A stretch of 64,000 nucleotides of DNA, taken from assembly GCA_043228905.1 (NCBI GenBank), contig JBHGNT010000007.1:19158001-19222000 (forward strand), read 5' to 3'. Below the pieces are notes generated by a model. The model was given only the letters and a program-made list of their open reading frames with translations, had not been told where the DNA came from and did not search any database. Both the position numbers and the translations under genes were made by a program. Positions 1 through 12,077 of the stretch are shown here, in pieces (within the stretch, counting starts at the first letter, position 1; each line of letters opens with the position of its first letter). The DNA comes from Azolla caroliniana. Its lineage: Eukaryota; Plantae; Polypodiophyta.

Positions 1-2968
1 AATGTCGTCTTCTCTTGGTTGTCAGGGTGGATGCATACTTGATTGTACCAACTGAAGCCATCTAGAAAGTTGTACATGTCATGCCCTGCGACGGCATCCA
101 GTACGTTATTGGTGAAAGGTAAAGGGAACGCGTCTGTAATGGTTACGGCATTCAATTTCCGGTAGTCCACGCACACACGTATTTTGCCATTTTTCTTTAG
201 TACGACTACTATCGGGCTTAGCCATGTGGCTTGTTTGATTGGTCGAATGAATCCGGCCGTGAGGAGTTTGTCAATTTCCGCTTTTACGCGAGCCGCATAA
301 TTTGGGTTCATGCGGTATCGACGCGGCTGGACCGGTTTCGCGCCGGTCACTAAATTGATCTTATGTTGGTAGAACTTCAGATCTAATCCCTTCATGTCCT
401 CGTGGGACCAAGCGAACACATCTTTATACTTCCTGAGTACTGCAATCATTGCGTCTCTCTGATCCGGCAGTAATTCTTTTGCGATGGAGAAGAATCGGGG
501 GTCTGACGTTGTACCCATGTTCACTTCTTTTAGGGCTAAGGTAGCGACTCGTCGTGAAATTTCCATTTCCCTCTCAAACATCGCCCGTGCTCTGCTTAAC
601 TCTAATATTGACTCTGGGTCTGGTTCGTAAGCCTCGTCGTGGAGCGTAGTGGGCGTGGCGTATTCCGCCGCGGTTTCTATGATGTCGATTTCGAATAGCA
701 GAATGATCCGGGGGTGCTCATCGAGGTATACTTCTAATTCGGTATCATCCACCCCAACCATCATATTTATATCTTCCACGTATAACGGTGTTATGCCCTT
801 GGGTTGTGCCGCCATTTCCTCTATTGGCACGCGAACCTTGGTGCGTCCACGTCGAAAGCTGATGCACTTATGTTGCTAGCTCTGTTTGATATTCGTTGAA
901 CGAAGCCACGGTCTGCCAAGTAGCATAGGATACGCTCCTGGGGCGTCGAGGGCAAGGACTGCCATCGAGACGTTGAAGTTATGTCCGCCAACAATAATGC
1001 CTAACTTGCGTATTAAGCCTAAAGGCCGTACTAAGCGGGTATCCACCATGTGAAGCCAAAATGGGCAAGCTTCCCATTTTGAAATTCCCAATTGTTCACA
1101 TCCTGTGATTTCCTGACCATGTAATATCAACTTAATAGCCGGATTATGGTGATCCACCACCACTGGTCCGGCGTTGGTGTCCGTAAAGTTGGCAAAGACG
1201 CTTACCCCAAGTTTGCCTGTTATGCGACCCTCCACGGCCTGGCTTCCCATTCTAAAATTCCCAATTGTTCGCATGTCTTCGCGCTAATTACATTGACGCC
1301 AGAGCCGTCGTCAATTACGCATCCTGTGATTTCCTAACCGTGTAATATCAACTTAATAGCCGGATTATGGTGATCCACCACCATTGGTCCGGCGCTAGTG
1401 TCCGTAAAGTTGGCGGAGACGCTTACCCTAGGTCTACCTGTTATGCGACCCTCCACGGCCTAGCGGAACTGTGGGACTAGTTGAAGTAGCTTCTCCATGG
1501 TCGGTGTTATCTCGCAGCCTGCCAGTGCTTGCCATATGGGATCCGGAGATATCACATTTTCCTCCAATGGCCCCAAATTGTTCGCGGACTCCTGCCGCAT
1601 GCATTCCGTATTTGTCGCATTCGCATTTTCGACCCATGCTTGGGCCGTCTGACGAATCTCATCTTGCGCGGCCCAATCAACATTTTTTGTTTGTTGTCTT
1701 GTCGTGACTTGCTGAACTTCTGCCATAATCGTATTGACGGCGGGCCCCTTGCCCTTGCATAGTGGACATTGTGTGGCATAATGTTTGGGTTGTTGGCAAA
1801 CGAAACAATGGACGCTAGATTTGCCTTTCTTGGCAGCTGGTGGCGTGTTCTAATCCCCAAGTGTGACTTGCTCCTCCCAGTCTTGGTTCGTTCTTCTGAG
1901 CGTTCACGGTGGTTGTTGTTGGTCCCGGTGCAGCTCTTGTTGCCGGTCATCATCCGAACTTTCGTCGTACTGCCGTTGGTCCCAATACTGACGATGTTTC
2001 CCGCGAGGCCCATTGAAGCTACCACGTTTCTTCGTCGGATGGTAATTCTCGTTGCGTTGGCCTCCTTTATTATATCTATGGTTGCCTCGGTAGTCTTCGT
2101 CCTCCGGCTCTTCTTCCTCGGAATTGTTGTTATTCCGGCGATTCCGGTAGTCCTAGTCATCGTGTGGGTTCCGATCCGTATACCAGGGTCGTTCTTCTTG
2201 GCGCCTTTGCTCATTACGGTGAGGTGGGCGTTGTATTTCCACGCTTCGTACTGTGGGCGTGGATCTGTTCAAAATATTGTACTCACACTGCTCGACCGTG
2301 TGTGCTTTCGAGTGACAGATTAGGCAATGGATCCGCATGTTGCATTCCACTGCAGAATGCCCAGAATTGAGGCAAATCGTGCACTGGATTGCTTGGCGAA
2401 AATGTCGTTCCTCGTCTTGAGGTAACGCTTGCCGTAATGAGGACATGGAAAACCTTTCCTCTTCTTCGTCCAGCTCAAGTTGTAGCACTCGTTCTATGAC
2501 CATATCGGTTGTTTCTCCTTTCACGCTATTGTTGTTGAGCATCGTCCGTATCGGTCGTCGTAAAGTTGCCAGAAATGTCTCCCGAGCCTCGTCCTCTGTC
2601 GGGTCCCGTTCTAATTTCCGTTGTAGATTTTGGAAGCGTAAATTGAAATCTGCTACAGTCTCGGCCGACAACTGTTTAATTCTATAAAACTACCCGAGGA
2701 TTTCGTATTGTGGCACCCTCCGATGAAAGAAACGCAGAAAGGCTGACTGCAGTTGGTCGAAGGTCGTGATTGCTGGTAGATCCATCTGCGAATGCCAAAA
2801 CGCCACTCTCCCATCCAGGGTTAATCCGAACTCTGTCATTTTGGACTGGTGCGCTACTTCTTCGAGAAGGCTCTAAGCCATGTGATTTGCATTCCAGACA
2901 TTTAGGAACAAGTGAATGTGGGTTGCGGCGTCGGTTTCGCCGATGAAGCGGGGATCAGAGAAGGCCAT
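1..2968 (-). pseudogene. gag-protease-RT polyprotein of element A, with stops and frameshifts
   Basis: gag MAFSDPRFIG...FGLTLDGRVAFW with in-frame stops; knuckles CTICLNSGHSAVEC, CLICHSKAHTVEQC, CFVCQQPKHYATQC; protease VIDDGSGVNVIS and MLLGRPWL; RT RYRMNPNYAARVK...WLSPIVVVLKKNGKIRVCVDYRKLN...FLDGFSWYNQ. Confidence 0.9.
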
Positions 2969-3238
2969 GTTGGACGCTACGGCAGTCAAGGAAAGACCAC
3001 AGTGCTTCTGTGGTGAGAGCACTTCCTACTTGTCGCCGAGGTATTTGGTGAGTGGGAAAACGTCTTTATGGTCCCGACAGGTATCACTAAGGTCACTGAG
3101 GCGAGGTTTTTGCAGTGCGCATTCCTCTGCCTGGCGTGTGATGGACCTTGTGATTGGTCGGTCTTGTCGTGTTGGTTCTCTGGGACGTCTACGGCTAAAC
3201 ATCCATTCGTCGATGTTCGTCTGTGAGAAGACACAGAT

Positions 3239-3252
3239 CACCAAGCGTGCCA
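3239..3252 (-). promoter_or_regulatory. PBS of element A (tRNA-Arg-like)
   Basis: TGGCACGCTTGGTG 4 nt after the LTR end; matches the tRNA-Arg PBS type TGGCACGCCCGGTG with G:U pairs. Confidence 0.7.
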
Positions 3253-3256
3253 AAAG

Positions 3257-3775
3257 TGTTACCGATTAGGAACACGGTCTACGGTCGATCCTTCGACCTA
3301 GACCTCAAAGTGACTGCGTTGCAATGAATGGTACCGTCGTACCGTAATACGTAATGGGATACATCCCCCGTATCCTAATAGTGTATAAGGGAGACAGCTA
3401 CAACCGAACTCCTTAGACAATGCCTACGCCCTTACGATTACAATACGCCACCAAGAATCACAGAGACAAATTAGATTAACCATAGATATGCACAGGAATC
3501 AGAGAAGATAGTACTCTATTAAGATAACACTCTATGCACCCAAATTTACACGCTACCTCTTACAAAGGATTTCTGCCCTTTATATACACAAGGTCTTTTA
3601 GCCGTTCACGCTTCCCGTGTGAACCGTTACATGCGTTACGTTTTTACTATATTCTATATTTCTGCGCTCCTGTCCGTCGGTTACTATTCCAGCGGACAAT
3701 AGCTAATTTACCATAAATAAATAAATGATGAACAATAACTATCCTAGGGTTTGAATTAAATTAGCATGGTCAACA
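3257..3775 (-). repeat. 5' LTR of element A
   Basis: TGTTACC...GGTCAACA termini; minus-strand TATATAAAG near 3577-3585; adjacent PBS. Confidence 0.8.
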
Positions 3776-3785
3776 ACAATACATA

Positions 3786-4242
3786 TGTTATGGGCATGAC
3801 CATATAATATCACGTGGTAAGATTGTACCATAGTATTCTATACACGTGGATAAAGTGTGAGGGTTAAATGAGAGTGTAAAGAAGGGAAGGATCACTTTTA
3901 ATCCTTGGGATTGAGACAAAGCATTAAGGTCAAATGTGAACTTGCCTGGGGGCCTTAGGTCTAGCTATAAATATGAGGCCTAACTACCCTCATTTGACAC
4001 ATTATCGACTATGTTGAGACTCTGTCCTTGTGGTAATCAACTCTTTAAGCGAGCGCGCTAGTACCAGGTACGACTCAATGCCATAATGGTGGTTTCGGAC
4101 ATTGATTGAGGCTCGAATTTGTCTCGATCACTTTGCTCGAGGGTGGTCGGGTGGATCAGCACCCTTCTTTCTCTCTCTCCTCTCTTTCCTATCTATCCAT
4201 TATATCCTTATCATATGCTTACATTAGGATCTAGCTCTAACA
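3786..4242 (+). repeat. 5' LTR of chromovirus B
   Basis: Aligns end to end with 18263-18718; CTATAAAT near 3965. Confidence 0.95.
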
Positions 4243-4244
4243 AT

Positions 4245-4257
4245 TGGTATCAGAGCC
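4245..4257 (+). promoter_or_regulatory. PBS of B (tRNA-iMet)
   Basis: TGGTATCAGAGCC 2 nt after the LTR. Confidence 0.93.
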
Positions 4258-5330
4258 TTGATTCCTAATGTTTGTTTTGTTGATTGTTATTTTTTGTTGT
4301 ATGGTGATCAATCGATGTGCGGTCAAGCTTTATCTAGAAACATAGCAACAATAGAACTTTGGTATTCCTTTCTTTCTTTCTTTTTCTATTCTTTCTTCTC
4401 CCATTCTAATCATGTTTATGTCATTATGTATTAATTTCAATCATTAAAATATGTTGTAGTGGTAATCGATTGGTTGTATAAAACGTACATATGTATGCTT
4501 ATGAGGTCAATACCTCAATTGCCATATATTTTATATATGATTTGTGTCGTATGCGTAAGAGGTCAATACCTCGATTGCGTATTACGTTCACTTACACATG
4601 TTACATTGTCGTGGAGGATTCCGAGCATAGGGAGAAAGAGGGGTTGGATGTGCGTGAACGGGGGTGTGCACGGATGCACATGAAAATGTCTTTGTGTACA
4701 AATAAGTGTAAATATGAGTAAAGTATTTAAAGTACTAGGTAGAGTAGTTAATGGGTACATTAAGTCCCGCACGAATAGAGAGAAATAATAGGGATTAATG
4801 GTAGAGAATCAAGGACGGGAGGTGGATGTCTTAACAGCTTGATGTAACGACCCCTCCCCTCTCCCTACTTGAGCTATAAAAGGAGGGAGAGAAGATCGTG
4901 GAAGGGGGGGCAACGATTTTTGGAGGACGAAGTGTTGTCAGACCGAGCTCAGCAGATTTCCGTTTACACCATTCTCTACTTCTATCTCTATCGTTGTGTG
5001 TGAGGCCTCTGTTTCGCGTTGGTAACCCATGTGCTCCCGATCGGAGGCTCGCTATCGTCTGTATGTGTGCCTGTAGCAAGCTCGAAACTCCTTTGTCGGC
5101 CGCGTCCGGTTGTAATTTTCTTGTCTTCTCTATTAATCATTCGTATTTGTTGAGTCTCTCCTTGTGTTCAGGCAATTTCCGCATTGTTTCTGTTCGTCTT
5201 GTGTTCGTTGCGTCCTATTCTTATCTCTGTTCTATTCCTGCTTGCGTGTGCATATCGGAGTGTGTGACCCCGTGAGCCCTTCGCCACTATCTGGCAACCG
5301 ATCCGAAACAATATACGTCTCTGAGCCCGT

Positions 5331-6286
5331 TGTCGTGAAGATCCGTCACTACGCGCAGATCGTGAGGCGGAACCGCCGGGGTTCTGGACCAGAAGGATTT
5401 AGAGTCGATACAAGCTTTGGCGAGAAAGTACTTAAGATAGATTGGGAAAGAGAGAAGATGAGATTACACGATTGATTTGATAACGAATTTCTTCTTCTTA
5501 ATTTTCATAAAAAAAACCGTCTTTTTCTCCTCCCCCTTCCCTCTTTTATAGATGCTCTCATGCATATGATGCATGTGAGGGTACAAGACATGCATAAATT
5601 GCATGTTTGCCATTTGGCACTTAAGTATTACATGTGGTGCATGCTAACCATGTCACTCATTTTAGCTCTCATGTATGAGAATTTACATGTAAAAGTACAA
5701 TGATAGAAATATAATTTCAATTAAATAGCATGGCTTAATGGTAAGCCAATTGACTCCTAACTTGGAGGTGCAAGGTTCGAATCCATACTTGCCCTCCTTA
5801 TATATGTAAATATGTTTTTATCTAGTCGCCGGACGCCGGTTCGCCGGATACCGGTGCCGACACCGGATTGCGGTCGGATGCCATCGGATCACCGGCTCCA
5901 TCGCCGGTCCGGTTTTGGTTGGCCAAAACCCTTTTCGAGTAGCTAGCCACCTCCACTCTTAGTTCAAGTTACCTTGAACTCTCTATGCTCCACACATAGA
6001 CACAAAGATAATATCTTTTGCTCCACCTTATATATGATGAGAGCCGTATTTGTCGTGCCTATGTGGGATATCTCACAATTTTCTCTTTTCTTTTCACAAA
6101 CTTTATACCCTCATATCTTGACATTTAGTTGTCCATTTCTCGTGTAATAAAGTGCATTCGAAACCTCCATCATTTTGTACTTAGATATTAAAAATATTAT
6201 CTTCACAATTATTGTATTACGTGATTCATACTCGATTTCGTACGTTTTATGGGATTTTCACACTATTGCCGAAAATCTTCACGACA
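5331..6286 (-). repeat. 3' LTR of D (956 bp, complete)
   Basis: Matches 12086-12897; minus-strand CTATAAAAG at 5543-5551; abuts PPT GGTGGGGGTGGA. Confidence 0.95.
5724..5819 (+). promoter_or_regulatory. tRNA-Arg-derived Pol III type-2 promoter cassette in D 3' LTR
   Basis: A-box TGGCTTAATGG (5731-5741), D-stem GCTT/AAGC, anticodon-loop-like CTCCTAA, B-box GGTTCGAATCC (5774-5784), T5 run 5815-5819. Confidence 0.75.
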
Positions 6287-6358
6287 TCCACCCCCACCAA
6301 ACCACACGTCCTCCGGTACGTGCCAAGAAGAGAAGAAGTGAGATTTCGGCTACGATGA

Positions 6359-9300
6359 TCAATTAGATTCCTCCATGTCTTCATTTTCATCCGGCCTATT
6401 ATGTTCATCGTCGAGGTAATCGAGGTCAGGATCCTTGTCTTGTCTTTTCTTGAAAAGCTTTACTCTTTTTCCCGCAATGGGTACGGCCAACCTTGATCCG
6501 TCTAGTTCCGCAAGGTGGTATGTGGCATTATCGTTGGCACTTGTCACCACATACGGCCTGAACCATCTTCTTGTGAACTTCCTTGTTGTTTTGTGTTGAT
6601 TGTCAAGGGTGCTGTCGTAAACCAAAACCCAATCCCCTTCTTCAATCTTCTTGGGACGAAGTCGATGCGTGTTGTCGAACCGAACTTTGTTCTTTACTCG
6701 GGCTGCCTTCATCATCTTTCGCGCTTTTTCTAAATCTTCAGGTCTTCTTTCAAGTTGCCTTATCCGCGCCGCTAATAACTCTTCTCGGCTCATCTCGTTC
6801 TCCCATGGTATCGCTACCCATGAGGCGATCGTCCTTTCGATGGGCATAATCGGCTTTTGTCCATACATAAGCTCCGTCGGCATATACCCTGTCACCGAGC
6901 TATGTGTCGTTCTATCGGCCCACAAGGCATAGGGTAATAGTCGTGGCCAATTCCCGACTCGACTGTTGCATGCCCGTACGATGGCTTTAACGATAGGTCC
7001 ATGCCCTCGCTCGATCTTCCCATTTGCTTCCGGATTGTAGGCAGTCGTGAGGGAGAGCTTCACGCCTAGTCTTTCGAAGAGCTCCGTCACTTCGTGCGCG
7101 TCCAACTCCCCTCGGTCGGCCACTATCTTCCCTACACATCCATATCGGCAAACAACATCTTCAAGTAAAAATTTACAAACGGCTGAAGTCGTCTTATTTG
7201 TCAAGGCTCGTCCTTCCACTTGATTTGTCAAGTCTTCCCTTGCCAACGCTAAGTACTTCATTTGTCCCACTCCCATTGGCATCGAGACCAAATCCACCAT
7301 CCATTTGAAGTGTATGGTGAGTGGGTATGTCAGCTTTAACTCATCACGATGACATATATTTGAATATACTTGGCAAGTTTCGCATGTGGACACGAAATGG
7401 AGTACATCTTTGTACATGCTTGGCCACCAGTACTTCTCCTTCAACTTTTCGAATGTCGCCCATGTTCCTCTATGACCTGCCCAAGCACTCTCGTGGAATT
7501 CGGTCATCAGCGTCTCTTGCTCTTCTTTCTTTACCACCACTCGTCGTGGTATTCCTGTCCTTCTTTTTGGATGTCGCCAAAGGAATCCTCCCTTCAAGAA
7601 GTATCGGTAAGCTTTCTTTCGGATTCGTAGGGCCTCCTCCTTTGTCAACGAAGCATCTGTCGTCAATGTTCTTAGGAATCTACCGATGAGTAACCATTCT
7701 CCTTCGTACTCATTCTCGTTGAAGGCGTGGAAGATTTGCATGTCCTGGTCTTCCGCCGACAATCGAGCCATCTTGAAGAAGTCGAGGGCGACATCTTCAT
7801 CTTCCGAAACCATGTTATTTCCATTTGAAAATCTTGCCCTCGACAACATGTCAACCATGGCGTTCTTCTTCCCTGCGATGTGACGGATCTCTGGGTTTAA
7901 AGACTTGATGTAGGCGATCCACCTTAGCATAGCAAGATCTGGGGTCGCACATCCCGAGACCATTCCGAGAATTGGGAGACAATCTGTCTCTATTATCACT
8001 TCTGACCCGATCAGGCAATCTTTGTCCGTCTTCACTCCCGACACAATACCCCAAAGTTCCCGCTTGACTTGGGCATATCTTTGTTGCCGTTCGCTGAGAA
8101 CCTTTGCTCTGAACCGGACGGCATATCGCGCATTATCTTCACCTTCTTGATTGATGACCCACCCGATTCCGGTTGGGCTCGTATCTACGGTCACGTAAAT
8201 TGGTTTCCCTTCGGCATAGTCGGCCTTCCTTAGTGCCGGAGCTTCAAGAAGCAGTTTCTTTAATCTTCGCATCGCCTCTGTGTGCTCGTCTCACCATTCG
8301 AACTTTATTCTTTTCTTTAGTAGTCCATATAACGGTTCGGCGACATGAGCGTAGTGAGGAATCCATATATGATAAAACGTGCACGCTCCAAGGAACCTTC
8401 GAACCTCCGTTTGGTTTTCGCATTCTTCTTTCATGTCTTGGATTGCGTTCACTTTGGATGGCGAGGGCTTCCGGCCGTATGCTCCACACAAGTGTCCTAC
8501 CACCAAGATCTCTGGTTGCCCGAATGCGGATTTTTCTCCCGAAAATGTCAAATTCGCATCTTCAAGCCTTTGAAGCACCTTCTCGCAATCTTTCATATGA
8601 TCCGCAACAAACTTTCTACAACCTTCCTTATCTTTCGATTCATCTTTCTCCTCATCCGAACATCCTTTTATCGGAATATCGTCCAAGAATGGCATCGTGA
8701 TGTCCGGAATGCAATCCTTCAAGACTTTATTCATGGCATTCACCATATGAGCCACCGAGTTCGTTGCGCCTTGGGGTAAGGTACACATTCGCACAAGCCC
8801 GATCGGAGTCCTCATGGTTGTAATGTCCCGACTGTCATATCCGGAGTAGAGATCGCCAATGGAGTAGATGGACCGGCCCGCAAACACTTCGGCAAATTCG
8901 TCCACGCTCGGACCGATTCCGGCATTTCGAATTGTCACCTTGTTGACGGGTTGAAGATCTTGGATGAATCGCAATGATCCATTCTTCTTCGGCACCGTGA
9001 ACCACCTATTGGAATAAGGAGCATTCGACGGTTCTAGAATTCCCATACTCACCTTCTCCTTTAAGAGCTCGATCAGCTTCGGAAGGTGTGCTCTCGGAAC
9101 CAGTATCGGTTTCAAGTTCCAAGGCACATGAGGCACCGTGAAGATCACCATCGACTCTATAACCTTTGGGTCGGCGCATCCGATTTCTCGTGGGAAGAAT
9201 GCGAAAGCCTTCCCATGTCTCTCAAGCATATCGCGAAACATTCGGTCCTCTTTAGGGAGAAGGAAATTCTCCTTTCCAACTCGTAGCTTCCCCTTCGTCT

Positions 9301-9832
9301 CTTTGGTGAAGACATGACCTATCTTCTTCGGATCTCTTAAGCTTGGATCGTTAGCGACTTCCTTCATCTTTTGCCAGCTATCTTCCGGTAGCAGAACCGC
9401 AACTGGCTTGATCTTCTTATCCACCGTTTTATATTTCGTGTTGATGTCAGCTTCCTTCATCGAGATGCCACGACGGTATTCATCGATGATAGCGTACATG
9501 TTGACGGAGTTAACCGAAATCACGCATTGGTTGTGAAGATAGCTCAAGTCCACGACGTCCTCGATTTCGCCGATGGTGTCATTAAATGAGGCTTCTTCCA
9601 TAATATGAGTCACGAACTCCCCTTCTTCTATTATGTTCTCTTCTTTCAGCATCTTCTCGAATTCTTGTGTCCAGTGCTTGTGCTTCTTGTCGGGTAGTAC
9701 TAGTTTACATGCGCCACTAGGTGTGACACATGTTGCTTCTCCTTGCAATCCACGCACTCTTCTTTCTTGTGGGGTCTTGTGATTGCTCGGACTATTTGTG
9801 CCCCATGCTTCAATAGTCCGCTCTAAAAATCC
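6359..9832 (-). pseudogene. pol (RT-RNaseH-integrase) of D; one in-frame TGA at 8291-8293
   Basis: RT RWFTVPKKNGSLRFIQDLQPVN, LPQG, FLDD; RH VDTS, RELWG, ETDC; INT HHCC (H..GH..CETC) with DLV/DRG/ERG triad; the two ORF-track pieces are in the same frame. Confidence 0.93.
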
Positions 9833-12024
9833 GAGGATTCGCCTCCGAGACTATCTCGATTCCTTTCATGGTTGGCTCGCACCGTTAGGAATTGGACCGA
9901 TCTTTGGTTGTCAAGACTCTTTATTCGTGCGAAGGCTGCTCCATTATCGAACACTTTGGTCTCCATCCGAGATGATGTGATATAAGGTTGCCCTAGGATG
10001 ACAGGATGCGACACCGATTCTTGTACAAAGAAGTGTTGATCCATCTCCACATCCCCGATCGTGACTTTGACATTGGGACAAGCTCCGTACAAGTCCTCCG
10101 TAGACTTTGTTGCCGCGCGAATCTTCCATCCGTGGTTTGTATTGATTGGCCATCTTCCCTTTTTGTAGAAGTCGGTTGACATGAGGTTGATCTCCGAGCC
10201 GTGGTCGATCAAGGCTACGACGGTCTCTTTCTTCTCCCAGATCTTCACCGGCGTCTCCGTTGTCGCTCGTGCCCAATGAGGTCGAGTGTAGTGGCTGTCC
10301 ACCATATCTTCATCGATTTCGTCTCTTGCCATCGTTATGGCATTCGTTTTTGCTTTCTGCGGCTTCTCTTCTTCCTCGTCTGATTGTTGTCTCTTTCTCT
10401 TTACAAGGTCCACGATCGTGTCATGGAACTCCTTTGTAATGCCAAGCAATTCCCTCAAGGACCAAGTTACGTGACTATCAAGAACTCGTTCTTCGAGAAT
10501 CTTCTTTAGGTCCGTCGTCTGCTCTATGTCCGACCTTAGCTTATAGGTAGGTATGGTCCTTGTCCTCCGAGCGGGGTCTTCGACACCAACCTTCACGGGC
10601 CGCACCGTTTCTTCAACTCGTATGCTCGGCTCCCCTTTTCGGCTTGATTTTCGTTCCTCCGTTTGTAAAGGTCGACTCGTCTCCGCATCGTCCTTCTTTC
10701 TCGCGTTCCTTGTTTCATGTCTTTTAGATGGGCCTTACTCTTCTATTCTCTTTCTCTTTTCTTCGACGAACACCTTGTGGTTGTCGCACATCACCTCTGC
10801 GAGTATGGTGTTGTCGTCCACCGGATCCGACCACCCGGTTATGCTTTGCACGTTTCGGTCCGCAAGCTCTACCTCGTTCAATGTGATTTTTCCCTTCTTC
10901 TCATATTCGAGAACGGAGGTCCAAAACTTTGCTCCCGCTCTAGCAGCTTCAGTCTTGTCTTTCCCGACTCTTATTCCGGCCGACGCAACATAGTGCATCG
11001 CATCCACATGAGTCGCATCGGCATCCTCCATAGATTTCTTCATTCCTCCTCTTCCGAAATTCACCCGTAGGGGTCTTCTAGTCTCGCTTGAGCAGATCAT
11101 GTTGTCCTCTATGTATACGATATTTTGTCGAATCGCTTCTCGAAGGTTCGCACAATCCCTTCTCATGTGGTCCATGCTATCTCACCACACGCATCTAAAG
11201 GGTTCTTTTCCTTTAGGGCCCCGACGATTCATGTTGGCTAGCGTGACCTTCTCGAACTTCTTCGCTAGCTCTTCAATGATGTCTTCATCAATCTTCTTTT
11301 CTTCCACGTTACTTTGTCTCGGCGGCTCAGCTACTTTCGGCGGTCTTGCTTTCTCCGTGGTAGTCGGTCCCGTCAAGTCGGTGTCATCAACCCATTGGCG
11401 ACGCTTGTCGAGCCTATTGCATGCCCACTTCACCGCGATCCAGTCCGCTACGAGCCCATTTGCTTGGGTATCATCTTCGAGAAGAGTCCCCAACTCCCGT
11501 CTATCCTTTATGTCCACGGCCTTCAAGAAGTACAAAGTCTTGTCCTCTTCAAGCAACACTTGGTCCGTATTGGGGAGACGACTAAACATCTGGTCGAATT
11601 CGTCGTACACCCTCGAGACACTCATCTTCTTATTCTTCTTCTCTATCCACTTCATCAGGGCATGTCGAGTCATCCTCGTTGAGTCTACAGTCACGAACTC
11701 CGCTAGTATCGTTTTCTCGAACTTGGACCATGTTGTCTTACCTTCTTGAAGCTCGATGACGCGTCTTTGGATGTTGTTGGCGACAACTCTCTTGAAGCTT
11801 GCGATTTGACGTGCCTCGGACACGTCCCTCTTATTCATCTCCCTCTTATATGCATCAAGAAACTTCGTAACGTTCCTTCCATCGAATTGGCCCTCGAGCT
11901 CTACGACACGATCGACAGCCTTCTCCACGCTCGCGTCGTTGTCCCGAGATCTCATCATTTGCTCGACGATTAGCATCATCCTTTCGAGCTCTCCTGCTTG
12001 GTTGCTTGAGGACGCCATCTCCAA
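9823..12024 (-). pseudogene. gag-protease ORF of D; two in-frame nonsense codons (11182, 10735)
   Basis: Three ORF-track pieces share one frame; knuckle CVW*DSMDHMRRDC; protease LIDHGSEINLM and VILGQPY. Confidence 0.9.
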
Positions 12025-12059
12025 GTATTAATCTCGACTTGATCCTTCCTACCGCCTCT

Positions 12060-12077
12060 TTCACGTCGGGTTCACCA
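12060..12077 (-). promoter_or_regulatory. PBS of D, complementary to tRNA-Trp
   Basis: Plus strand TTCACGTCGGGTTCACCA equals the 3' 18 nt of plant cytosolic tRNA-Trp as I recall it. Confidence 0.85.

Larger units (their letters stand above)
1..3775 (-). mobile_element. Ty3/Gypsy element A (non-chromovirus, Athila/Tat/Phygy-like), 5' half; 3' half lies beyond the left edge
   Basis: 5' LTR, tRNA-Arg-type PBS, gag with CCHC knuckles, protease and RT in Gypsy order on the minus strand. Confidence 0.92.

Noticed and set aside
1769-2323. Hydrophobic 184-aa plus-strand ORF as an env-like or membrane protein
   Set aside because: Antisense shadow of the purine-rich gag spacer
5724-5800. Functional tRNA-Arg(CCT) gene
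   Set aside because: Anticodon and acceptor stems do not pair; only promoter boxes and the D-arm remain
5331-6286. DNA transposon or MITE suggested by the 12-bp terminal inverted repeats
   Set aside because: The unit is a direct-repeat pair flanking gag-pol with PBS and PPT, so it is an LTR
11182-11184. TGA at a zinc-knuckle Cys as selenocysteine or programmed readthrough
   Set aside because: Land plants lack the Sec machinery, and the element has other nonsense codons, so simple mutation is more likely
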